From Patescibacteria group bacterium (GTDB taxonomy: Bacteria > Patescibacteriota > Patescibacteriia > Magasanikbacterales > GWA2-37-8), in contig JBAZNA010000001.1 in the NCBI GenBank assembly GCA_041649475.1, positions 392,612-456,611 on the forward strand: a stretch of DNA of 64,000 bases, given 5' to 3'. Below the pieces are notes generated by a model. The model did not search any database and was not told the origin of the DNA. It worked only from the letters and a program-made list of their open reading frames with translations. A program made the translations under genes and the position numbers. Of the stretch, positions 18,046 to 27,034 are shown piece by piece (positions within the stretch are counted from its first letter, which is position 1; each line of letters begins with the position of its first letter).

Positions 18046-18408
18046 ATGAAGTCAAAAATATTTTGGGGGCTGATCATCTTAATTCTACTCGCGAGTAATG
18101 TGTTCTTGGGACTAATGTATTACAACGCGTCCAAAGAGCTTGAAGGCAGCCGGGACACGGTGGCGACACAACGCTACAATGGCCAGGTGCTGAATTTTTT
18201 GAAGATGTTTATCAAGCAGGTGATCAAATCCAAGACAGAGATTGATTTTGATACCCGCTTACAACTTGAAAATTCAGTACGTGGCCTTAATGACCCGGAG
18301 ATTCTGGCGCAATGGCAGAAGTTCGTTAATAGCACTACTCAAGATGAAGCGCAGGCAAATGTTAAAGATTTGCTTGAGTTGTTGGTTGGTAAAATCTATC
18401 TCAAATAA
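18046..18408 (+). CDS. Small membrane-anchored hypothetical protein (120 aa)
   Basis: N-terminal TM helix IFWGLIILILLASNVFLGLMYY; ORF-only call. Confidence 0.4.
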   Translation: MKSKIFWGLIILILLASNVFLGLMYYNASKELEGSRDTVATQRYNGQVLNFLKMFIKQVIKSKTEIDFDTRLQLENSVRGLNDPEILAQWQKFVNSTTQDEAQANVKDLLELLVGKIYLK

Positions 18409-18452
18409 CTGTGGATAAGTCCCCCCAAAATATCCAAAAGTTAGCGAAAATA

Positions 18453-18461
18453 TGGTATAAT
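18453..18461 (+). promoter_or_regulatory. Extended -10 promoter-like motif TGGTATAAT upstream of the giant ORF
   Basis: TATGGTATAATAAT lies 14 nt before the 18475 ATG, with a -35-like TTAGCG 16 nt upstream. Confidence 0.35.
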
Positions 18462-18474
18462 AATCAAAGAGAGA

Positions 18475-21400
18475 ATGCTTGTCACTATGGACAACGGAGA
18501 GAGGTATAAAAAATTCTCCAAAATATTAACTGGTGCTTCTTTAATAGTGGGCATATTTATGGCCCTCTATTATTTTGTTTATCCAGTTTTAGCCAATCCG
18601 CCGGGCAGTCCGTACGCGCCGGGCGCAACGCTTGATCCGGGTTGTTCTCCCGGAGATCCGAATTGCACGGTTTATCCACCGCTTACCACCACCCTTACCA
18701 CCTCCACCGCCATAACAATGGGCACGAGCACCTTGAATTTTGGCACCAGCACACTGTTTATAGACGCATACAACACCAGAGTCGGCATTGGCACTGCAAA
18801 CCCGACCTATACCTTGCATGTGGTGGGAAATACAAATTTGGGGGGAGATGTCACCACTACTGGCAATTTATATATTGCCGGAGTTACGAATTTTGGACAG
18901 ACCGTCATTACCAATCTTAATGTCACTTCTGTCACTTCCACCAATCTGTACATTTCAGGCCTGGCTAGTTTTAACACTATTGCCTCGGGCACCTGGGCCG
19001 GCAGTATTATTGCCAATACCCATGGCGGCACCGGACAAAATAGTTCGGGCTGGACAGGGTTTGCCTATGTAAACAATGGCACGTGGACAACTTCTACGAT
19101 AACAACCGGCACCGTTTCCGGTTTGCCTACTTTCAATGCCGGTACTGCAGGATGGATTCCGTATTATGCCGGTGCGACTTCAACACTGACTCCGACCTCG
19201 GCGATTTTTATCGCGGCAGATGGAAAAGTGGGGATAAATTCCACCAGTCCTATAGCGCAGTTCGCCATTAATCAGATGGCAGGCTCTGCCACTGACGCCG
19301 CTTTATTTGATGTTTCTTCTTCTACCGGGGGTAGTATGCTTCATGTTTCGGCGAATGGAAATGTTGGGGTTGGAACGGTGAGTCCGGCGGCAAATTTGTC
19401 AGTTATTTCAAATTTACGTATTTTCCGTCCTGGTTATGAAACAACAGCTTACGCGGAGTTTATAAGAAATCCTACCGGAGGTTTCATTTATTCAAGTAAT
19501 GCTTTATATGTCGGCGGGACAAATACTAAAACTTCGCTTGGCGGTGGTTCAATCGGAGGAATTGTCCAGGGTATATTTAATTCCGCGTCCAACCAGACAG
19601 CGGTGGATATACCAATCACGTTTTCTCCCGGAAGCGGCACGCCTACAGACATCGCTTTAAATATTAATCCGATTATCAATTGGGGTGGAACTCCGGGCGC
19701 GGGTTCGTATGAGGCGCTAAAGATAGCCGTTACAGAAACTTCGCTTCCCACCGGAAATAATTATTTGATAAGAGCTAGCGCGGGTGCGGCCGGAACAACG
19801 GATAGATTTGTAGTGACAAATAATGGTTATGTGGGGATTGGGACATCTTCTCCTGTTGGAGCATTATCTCTCGCCTCTGGTCAGGTGTTTGTTCCGGATG
19901 GAGCGGCAGCTACTCCATCATATTCTTTTGTTGGTGAACAAAATACTGGTTTTTATCGCCCCACGTCCGGATTATTAACGGTAGCTGTAAGGAATGCCCA
20001 GATAGCTGCCTTTAATGGTCAGGCGGGGACGAATTATGGTTTAGTGCTTGGAGGGACAAAATCTCTACAATGGAATGTTGATGATAATCCTGCAACTGGT
20101 TATAATGTTGACACGGCTTTGGCAAGAAGCGCGGTTGGAATGCTTGAAATAAATAATAGTAATTCAGGACAGTATAGAGATTTAATCCTAAGAAATTTGT
20201 TTGCTACAAGTAGTGTTGGCATCAACAGTTCATCTCCTATCGCCAAATTAGGAGTACAAGGTTCTGTAACCAATGGTAGTTTGCCCCTTTTAGACATCGC
20301 CTCTTCCACCGGGACCAGCTTGCTTCGTGTAACATCGGGCGGGAATGTGGGGGTTGGAACGGCGAGTCCTGGGTATAAAATGGATGTTAATTTGGGTTTG
20401 TTTGCCAGTAATGATACGTTTGGATATAACATTTATGGAAATGCAGGAAATGCTGTCGGTTATGCGGGTTATAACTTGCAATTAGATAATACAACAGGAA
20501 ATACTTCCGGTTATGTGAGATTAGCAAGAACACCTAGTACCGCTTACCTAGGGCTGGAAATCGGTTCACAATCACGTGATGGTATAAGGTTTTTAACAAA
20601 TACAATTACACCTGTTGAGGTAATGCGTATAACAAGTGCTGGCAACGTCGGTATCAACACCACCTCTCCCGCTTGGAAATTATCAGTAGCCGGTGATATC
20701 AACACCACCGGCACTTACAGGATAAATGACACACAAATTGCTTTAACTAACTTGGGTGACACTTCGCTTCCTGCACCCGTTGCCAATGACTGTCTAACTT
20801 ATAACGGTTCTTTCTGGGTGGCTGGCGCGTGCACTTCGCTTTCTGCCGGGCAGAGCGTGGACTATTATATTAATGATCAACTGTCGGCTGTTTCCACAAC
20901 TCTTCATTTATTAGAAAGAGCACCAATCACAGCAACCGAAGTGAGTGATGTTGTCAGTGTTCCGGCTGGAACTACGACTACGATTGATGCCTATATTTCG
21001 TCTTCTACGATAGGCGCGACGCAGGTGGATGCCGGAGCTTGGACATTTTCCGTCTTTGCGTCGTCAACCGGAGGAGCGGGACAGCAGACCATTGTGATAG
21101 AGGTCTATACTATTTCTGTTACAGGCACTACTCAATTGTTGTTTAGTGTCAGGACCGCGGATATTACCCAGACCACCCCCACCTTGATTGATGTTGAAAC
21201 AGTCCAGCCGGCTTTTCAGCTTGCTTCTTCAACCGACAGATTGTATGTGATTTTTAAAGGTTCTAACACTGGGGGGACAGCCCGAAATATTGGTTATACC
21301 GAAAATGGCACATCCAGATATACTCATTTTCATACGCCATTATTAACCAGACATAATAATTTAGCAGGAATTCAGGGCGGTTCCACAGCTGATCAGTATT

Positions 21401-24400
21401 ATCATCTCACCGCTGCCGAATACGCGGGCACTGGTTCGGGTATTTTTGTAAAACAAACTTCTCCGACTTTTTTGACTAATATTTCAATTGGCGGTGGCAC
21501 CGCTACCACAACTATCTATGGCAGCGCAACTTCTACCTTTCCGTATGGCGCGACGTTTGCGACTACAGGAGGAAGTGTGGGGATTGGAACATCAACCCCA
21601 ACTATGCCTCTGCATGTTTATTCTTCTACGGCAGGAGTTTGGGGAAACCCCACTAATTTAGCAATTTTGGAGCAAGCTAGTGCTGATGCCAACCCTTTCC
21701 TCGTCTTAAGAAGAACCAACACTGCTTATAATGACAGTGCGGGCGGCGGAATAACCGTACAAGAAGGAAGACCTGATGGCAGTACACTTGCAACTTTGGG
21801 TCAATTAAGGTTTGCTCAAGACGACAACTTTGCCGCAACTCCAAAGACCTCATTTATTTTGAATCTGAACAATGGTAGCGCTTTAACTGAAGTTTTGAGA
21901 GTTAAAGGAAATGGAAGTATTGGGATAAATTCTACTTCTCCTATCGCCAAATTAGGAATACAAGGTTCTGTGACTAACGGCAGTTTGCCGCTTCTAGACA
22001 TCGCCTCTTCCACTGGTTCTAGTTTGCTTCGGGTTTTGGCGAATGGGAATGTAGCTTTGTCTTTGGGGTCATACCTTTGTTTTGATGGAAGCGGCTGTTC
22101 GGCGGGCATAAATTATACCGGAGGAGGAGCTATGCAGTTTAATGGCTCTAACATGATATTCTATAGTAGTAATATTGATGTTCAGGGTAATGCAATTTAT
22201 AACAGTGGTTCTGGAAACGGCGGAGGCATTTATATAAACGATAATGTCGGTATCGGCACCTCCACTCCCGACGCTCGCCTCACGGTTTTGTCCGCCACCA
22301 TCGCTACCTCCTCTAACGCCCTCACAGTTTACAACGCCAGTTCAACAAAACTTTTTAAAATCGCGGACAGTGGAGATGTTTCTTTTGCCAACGACGGCCT
22401 GTATTATGAGGCGTCAAGTTCGGTTTTATACGCAAACAGCATTGAAACCGGCGCGATGAATTTTGATGAAGATGCCGGACAAGTGACATGGGTGAATCTT
22501 CCAATCACCACCACCACAGCCGGGTTGGTTGAAAGTTATAGCGCGCAGGTGGGTGATAATAATATATTAACAGTATACGGTGTAACAGATGGCGCCGGTG
22601 GAGTTTCACAATTACGCGTTGGCATAAATACCAGCACTCCATTATCTGATTTGGATGTATTTGGCAGTATGGTTTTATCCGGCTCAAACAGATATCTAAA
22701 CTTCGGCAATACCACCGGCACCACCGGTTATGGTATTTATGATAATGGGGGAGTCATGCAATTTAAAAATTCAAGTGGCGCGTGGACAAATATTTCCACT
22801 TCAACTGTTGCCTATGGCACAGCCGGGTATATTCCATATTATGCGACAACCGGTAATGCACTTACCGCCACTTCGGCTGTGTTTATCAAAACAGATGGAA
22901 AAGTGGGGATTGGGACGACTTCTCCCAGTGCGAAGTTACAGATTACTCCAAATGCTAATACTACCGTTGGATTGATTGTGCAGGGAGACAATAATCAAAC
23001 TGCAGATATTCAGCAATGGCAAACCAGTACTGGTACACTCCTGGCGTCAATCATAGGTTCCGGATCTTATCAGGGCGGCTGGCTTTTTTATGGGCTAAAT
23101 AATTATATAGATGCTTCTAATTACTCTAGGTTAAGGATATCACCTAATGGTAATGAATACCGTTTAATTACTGAATCTGCGGGGAGTGGTACCGCGAGAG
23201 ATTTAAGTTTGGTAGCAGACACAGGAAGGGCTCTATACTTTGGTGCTAATGGGACAGCTTATCAAGCATACCTAAACGCTCTTGGTAATTTTATTGTTAA
23301 TGGCGGAAAACTCGGTGTTAGTACCAGTACCCCAATCGCAAAATTAGGAGTGCAAGGTCTAGCCACTGAAGGCAGCTTGCCATTGTTAGACATCGCCTCT
23401 TCCACTGGCTCCAGTTTACTGCGAGTAACATCAGGAGGAAATGTGGGGATTGGGACGGCGAGTCCGGATACGACATTACACGTAAATGGAAATATAACAT
23501 TAGGAACAGGATCAAGTTCAAACGATCATCTTATATTTAACTACATTTCAGGGTTGGGAGAAGATTACGCAAGAATTAGGTTGGGAGCTAGTGGATACGA
23601 GCGTGTGAAATTAAGTCTTGGCATTGATCCTTTGGCTACCGGGCGTGGTCTTTTCAAAATAAGTACGGGTGATGGGGGGTCAGCTCCCACTGAAAGATTT
23701 AGAATAACCCCGAGTGGCTATATTGGTATAAATAGTTCTACACCAATGGCTCAGCTCGCCGTTCAGGGGTATGCTACTTCCACTCCTCTTTTAGACATCG
23801 CCTCTTCCACTGGCTCCAGTTTACTGCGAGTAACATCAGGAGGAAATGTGGGGATTGGAACGGAGAGTCCTTATGCACCCCTTCAAGTGGGAGCAGGCAT
23901 ACCATTGTATTCCACCGGACAACTTGATGTGTGGCAAGCAAGTAAGCCGGTCACTAGTATTGGTAATGTGAATATTTATTCAAATGATTCTGCGACAATA
24001 AACACTGGTGGGAGTATTGGTTTTGGTGGAGCCAATGGGAGTAACACGTATGTCTTTGGAAAAGTAGCCGGGCGTTTAGAAAATGCATCAGGTTATGCTG
24101 GCTATCTTCAATTTTCAACAACTCTTGCTAGTTCTGAAATTTCGGAAAAAATGAGGATAACAAGTGCTGGTAACGTCGGCATCGGCACCACCAGCCCTTA
24201 CGCCCGACTAAGCATAACGAGCGCCGGTATAACCAGTTCCACCCTCGCTTTTGCAGTTGACAATGCCAGTTCCACTCAACTGATGAGGATAGATGACGCC
24301 GGCAACATTTCTATGGGCGGGGATGGTTTTTATTACGACGCTTCAACCACTGTTTCGCATCTAAACGCCGAGTTTGGCAGTATGAGTTTTGACGAGGATG

Positions 24401-27033
24401 CGGGCATTGTCTCGTGGATAAATTTGCCGTTCGTTTCCACCACCATACCGCAAGGCACAATAATGTCTTATTCAGCGCAAATTAACAATACAGATATTTT
24501 AACAATTTATGGCGAGACCAACGGCTCGGGCGGTTTGCAGAATCCGCGGGTGGGTGTTGGCACCACCACGCCAAATGCAAAGCTTACTATTTATAGTGAT
24601 ACTATAGCCACTTCCTCTAATGCTCTCACCGTTTATAACACTTCCTCCACGCGGTTGTTAAAAGTTGCCGACAGTGGAGATATTAGTTTTGGAAATGCCG
24701 ATGGTTTGTATTATGAGGCCTCAAGTTCGGTTACATATGTAAACAGTTTGCAAACCGGCCCGCAGAGTTTTGACGAGGACGCGGGCATAGTTTCATGGAT
24801 CAATTTACCGATTACCACTACCACGGCCGGAATAGTGAACAGCTACAGCGCTCAAATTGCCAGTAATGATATTTTGACAATTTACGGTGAGACCGATGGA
24901 AGCGGAGGTATATTAAATACAAAAGTCGGTATCAACAGCAACACTCCGATGGCAACTTTGGCAGTGCAGGGTTACGCCAGCAGTTTGCCAATTTTTGACG
25001 TGGCTTCTTCAAGCGGTGCCAGCTTCTTGAGGGTCCTAGCGAATGGAAAAGTGGGGATTGGGACAACGACACCGAGGAATCCATTGGATGTGCGTGCAGT
25101 CGGGGGAACTGAAGAAGTTTTGAGAATTGGTGGTGGAAGTACGAACGATACTTATGGTTTCGGCGTGGGAGGTGGGTCACACGCGGCTGGAGGATATTTT
25201 GGCTTGTGGCATTTTAGCGCTACTACCAATGATTGGGATACAAACGTATTTTTAGTAACTCCAACAGGTGATTTTTATCCACAGCACAATATACAAATTG
25301 CTCCTCCCAGTGGATATACAAATGGAAACAATTTGGGATTATTTCCACAAACAGACGCCACACTAGAAAATGCCGTCTTGAAGTTATACGGTGCAAATGC
25401 ATTGCAGTTTGATGTGCGACCGTACACAGGTACTTGGGGAACGCAAGTTACTGCTATGTATATAAATGGTGTTGGCAACGTTGGCATCGCTACCACCACA
25501 CCTTTAGCTAGACTTACTATTGCCGGCGCTACCATCGCCACTTCCTCCAATGCTCTCACTGTCTATAACGCTTCAACCACCCGTTTATTTAAAGTTGCCG
25601 ATTCCGGTGACATCTCCATGGGTTCTGCGGACGGCTTCTACTATGAGGCATCCACCAGTATTTCATATGTCAATTCTCTACAAACCGGTGGCTTAAATTT
25701 TGATGATAATGCCGGTCTGGTAAGCTGGGTGGATATGACCATTGATAACAATGCTACCACTGGCACACCGGAAGGATACACTGCCTCGCTCAACGGCAAT
25801 CCGATGATACTTGTCTATGGCGACAGCGTCGGTGACGGCACAGTCACCAATATGACTGTCTCCATTGGCACCAGCACCACCAGCACTTACAAGCTATATA
25901 TAGACGCGGGTGGAAGCGCCAATGCTGGTTTAGGTGTCAACGGTTATATCAAATCATCCGGGTTTATCGCCGGCACCACCACTTTGGACTTGGCCGAAAC
26001 CTACCCGCTTGATCCGAATTGTTCGGCTCTTGGAAATTGTCCGGCAGTGGGCGATGTGGTTTGCGCGAACGAGAAAAATGTTAATATACAAATTCCGGAT
26101 CCGTCCAACCCATCTTCAACCATTGATACCGTAAACACTTTGTTTGTCATAGAAAAATGTTCAGCCACTTCAACCGACAACGCGATTGGTGTGGTTTCCG
26201 CCAATCCGGGCTTTGTCCTCGGTGGCTATGACTTGAACGATACTTTGAAATCCAAAAATCCGGGTTTGTATCCGTCAACTTATCAGCCGGTGGCCTTGTC
26301 CGGACGCGTGCCGGTTAATGTTTCACTGGAAAACGGTCCGATTAAAGCAGGGGACTTGCTTACTTCATCTGTCCAGCCGGGCGTGGCTGTGAAAGCGGTT
26401 GAACCGGGTCGTGTGATCGGTGTGGCTTTGGAATCTGCCAGCGCCACCAGCTCTGTGCCGACAATAAAAATGTTTGTCAACCCGCATTGGTCAGTTGGAT
26501 CGCTCACCGAAGAACAGATCAGTAACGAATTGCCTGACTTCAGTGTACAAGGAATATTAGACAGCTTCACTGTGGCTGTGGAAAATAGTTTACGGAAATT
26601 GGGAATGCTGTTAAAGAATGGCGTAGCCACAGTCAAACAATTATTTGCCGATAAAGTGCAGACCAATCAACTGTGCGTTGGCGCTACTTGCGTAAACGAA
26701 CAGCAATTGCAGGATTTATTAAACAAAACAAATACCCAGCCGGCCGCACCCGTGATTGAGACCCCGACAACAACTGAACCACCAGCTAGTACAACAACCC
26801 CTGTCGTTGAGACCCCGACAACAACCCCGCCAGTCACCGAACCTGTCGCGCCGGTCGTTGAGACCCCTCCGACTACAGAACCGGCTCCGCCAACAGAAGT
26901 AACTCCGCCACCGACCGAAGTAACTCCGCCACCAGCGGAACCAGCTCCAGTTGTGGTTGAACCCGCTCCAGCACCAGAACCTGCTCCTACTCCAGCCCCG
27001 GCCCCAGCTGATACCGGAACAGTAACTCCATAG
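18475..27033 (+). CDS. Giant (2852 aa) repetitive Thr/Gly/Ser-rich surface protein with N-terminal TM anchor and Pro/Thr/Glu-rich C-terminal tail
   Basis: A single uninterrupted ORF. N-terminal TM helix (ILTGASLIVGIFMALYYFVY). Dozens of GNVG[IV]GT.SP-type motifs. About five copies of a ...SSSPIAKLGVQGSVTNGSLPLLDIASSTGSSLLRVTSGGNVGIGT... module and about four copies of an ~100-aa ATIATSSNALTVYNASST...FDEDAGIVSWINLPITTTTAG... module. C-terminal Cys-containing domain, then a PTTTEPP.../APAPEPAPTPAP low-complexity tail. Confidence 0.7.
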   Translation: MLVTMDNGERYKKFSKILTGASLIVGIFMALYYFVYPVLANPPGSPYAPGATLDPGCSPGDPNCTVYPPLTTTLTTSTAITMGTSTLNFGTSTLFIDAYNTRVGIGTANPTYTLHVVGNTNLGGDVTTTGNLYIAGVTNFGQTVITNLNVTSVTSTNLYISGLASFNTIASGTWAGSIIANTHGGTGQNSSGWTGFAYVNNGTWTTSTITTGTVSGLPTFNAGTAGWIPYYAGATSTLTPTSAIFIAADGKVGINSTSPIAQFAINQMAGSATDAALFDVSSSTGGSMLHVSANGNVGVGTVSPAANLSVISNLRIFRPGYETTAYAEFIRNPTGGFIYSSNALYVGGTNTKTSLGGGSIGGIVQGIFNSASNQTAVDIPITFSPGSGTPTDIALNINPIINWGGTPGAGSYEALKIAVTETSLPTGNNYLIRASAGAAGTTDRFVVTNNGYVGIGTSSPVGALSLASGQVFVPDGAAATPSYSFVGEQNTGFYRPTSGLLTVAVRNAQIAAFNGQAGTNYGLVLGGTKSLQWNVDDNPATGYNVDTALARSAVGMLEINNSNSGQYRDLILRNLFATSSVGINSSSPIAKLGVQGSVTNGSLPLLDIASSTGTSLLRVTSGGNVGVGTASPGYKMDVNLGLFASNDTFGYNIYGNAGNAVGYAGYNLQLDNTTGNTSGYVRLARTPSTAYLGLEIGSQSRDGIRFLTNTITPVEVMRITSAGNVGINTTSPAWKLSVAGDINTTGTYRINDTQIALTNLGDTSLPAPVANDCLTYNGSFWVAGACTSLSAGQSVDYYINDQLSAVSTTLHLLERAPITATEVSDVVSVPAGTTTTIDAYISSSTIGATQVDAGAWTFSVFASSTGGAGQQTIVIEVYTISVTGTTQLLFSVRTADITQTTPTLIDVETVQPAFQLASSTDRLYVIFKGSNTGGTARNIGYTENGTSRYTHFHTPLLTRHNNLAGIQGGSTADQYYHLTAAEYAGTGSGIFVKQTSPTFLTNISIGGGTATTTIYGSATSTFPYGATFATTGGSVGIGTSTPTMPLHVYSSTAGVWGNPTNLAILEQASADANPFLVLRRTNTAYNDSAGGGITVQEGRPDGSTLATLGQLRFAQDDNFAATPKTSFILNLNNGSALTEVLRVKGNGSIGINSTSPIAKLGIQGSVTNGSLPLLDIASSTGSSLLRVLANGNVALSLGSYLCFDGSGCSAGINYTGGGAMQFNGSNMIFYSSNIDVQGNAIYNSGSGNGGGIYINDNVGIGTSTPDARLTVLSATIATSSNALTVYNASSTKLFKIADSGDVSFANDGLYYEASSSVLYANSIETGAMNFDEDAGQVTWVNLPITTTTAGLVESYSAQVGDNNILTVYGVTDGAGGVSQLRVGINTSTPLSDLDVFGSMVLSGSNRYLNFGNTTGTTGYGIYDNGGVMQFKNSSGAWTNISTSTVAYGTAGYIPYYATTGNALTATSAVFIKTDGKVGIGTTSPSAKLQITPNANTTVGLIVQGDNNQTADIQQWQTSTGTLLASIIGSGSYQGGWLFYGLNNYIDASNYSRLRISPNGNEYRLITESAGSGTARDLSLVADTGRALYFGANGTAYQAYLNALGNFIVNGGKLGVSTSTPIAKLGVQGLATEGSLPLLDIASSTGSSLLRVTSGGNVGIGTASPDTTLHVNGNITLGTGSSSNDHLIFNYISGLGEDYARIRLGASGYERVKLSLGIDPLATGRGLFKISTGDGGSAPTERFRITPSGYIGINSSTPMAQLAVQGYATSTPLLDIASSTGSSLLRVTSGGNVGIGTESPYAPLQVGAGIPLYSTGQLDVWQASKPVTSIGNVNIYSNDSATINTGGSIGFGGANGSNTYVFGKVAGRLENASGYAGYLQFSTTLASSEISEKMRITSAGNVGIGTTSPYARLSITSAGITSSTLAFAVDNASSTQLMRIDDAGNISMGGDGFYYDASTTVSHLNAEFGSMSFDEDAGIVSWINLPFVSTTIPQGTIMSYSAQINNTDILTIYGETNGSGGLQNPRVGVGTTTPNAKLTIYSDTIATSSNALTVYNTSSTRLLKVADSGDISFGNADGLYYEASSSVTYVNSLQTGPQSFDEDAGIVSWINLPITTTTAGIVNSYSAQIASNDILTIYGETDGSGGILNTKVGINSNTPMATLAVQGYASSLPIFDVASSSGASFLRVLANGKVGIGTTTPRNPLDVRAVGGTEEVLRIGGGSTNDTYGFGVGGGSHAAGGYFGLWHFSATTNDWDTNVFLVTPTGDFYPQHNIQIAPPSGYTNGNNLGLFPQTDATLENAVLKLYGANALQFDVRPYTGTWGTQVTAMYINGVGNVGIATTTPLARLTIAGATIATSSNALTVYNASTTRLFKVADSGDISMGSADGFYYEASTSISYVNSLQTGGLNFDDNAGLVSWVDMTIDNNATTGTPEGYTASLNGNPMILVYGDSVGDGTVTNMTVSIGTSTTSTYKLYIDAGGSANAGLGVNGYIKSSGFIAGTTTLDLAETYPLDPNCSALGNCPAVGDVVCANEKNVNIQIPDPSNPSSTIDTVNTLFVIEKCSATSTDNAIGVVSANPGFVLGGYDLNDTLKSKNPGLYPSTYQPVALSGRVPVNVSLENGPIKAGDLLTSSVQPGVAVKAVEPGRVIGVALESASATSSVPTIKMFVNPHWSVGSLTEEQISNELPDFSVQGILDSFTVAVENSLRKLGMLLKNGVATVKQLFADKVQTNQLCVGATCVNEQQLQDLLNKTNTQPAAPVIETPTTTEPPASTTTPVVETPTTTPPVTEPVAPVVETPPTTEPAPPTEVTPPPTEVTPPPAEPAPVVVEPAPAPEPAPTPAPAPADTGTVTP

Positions 27034-27034
27034 C

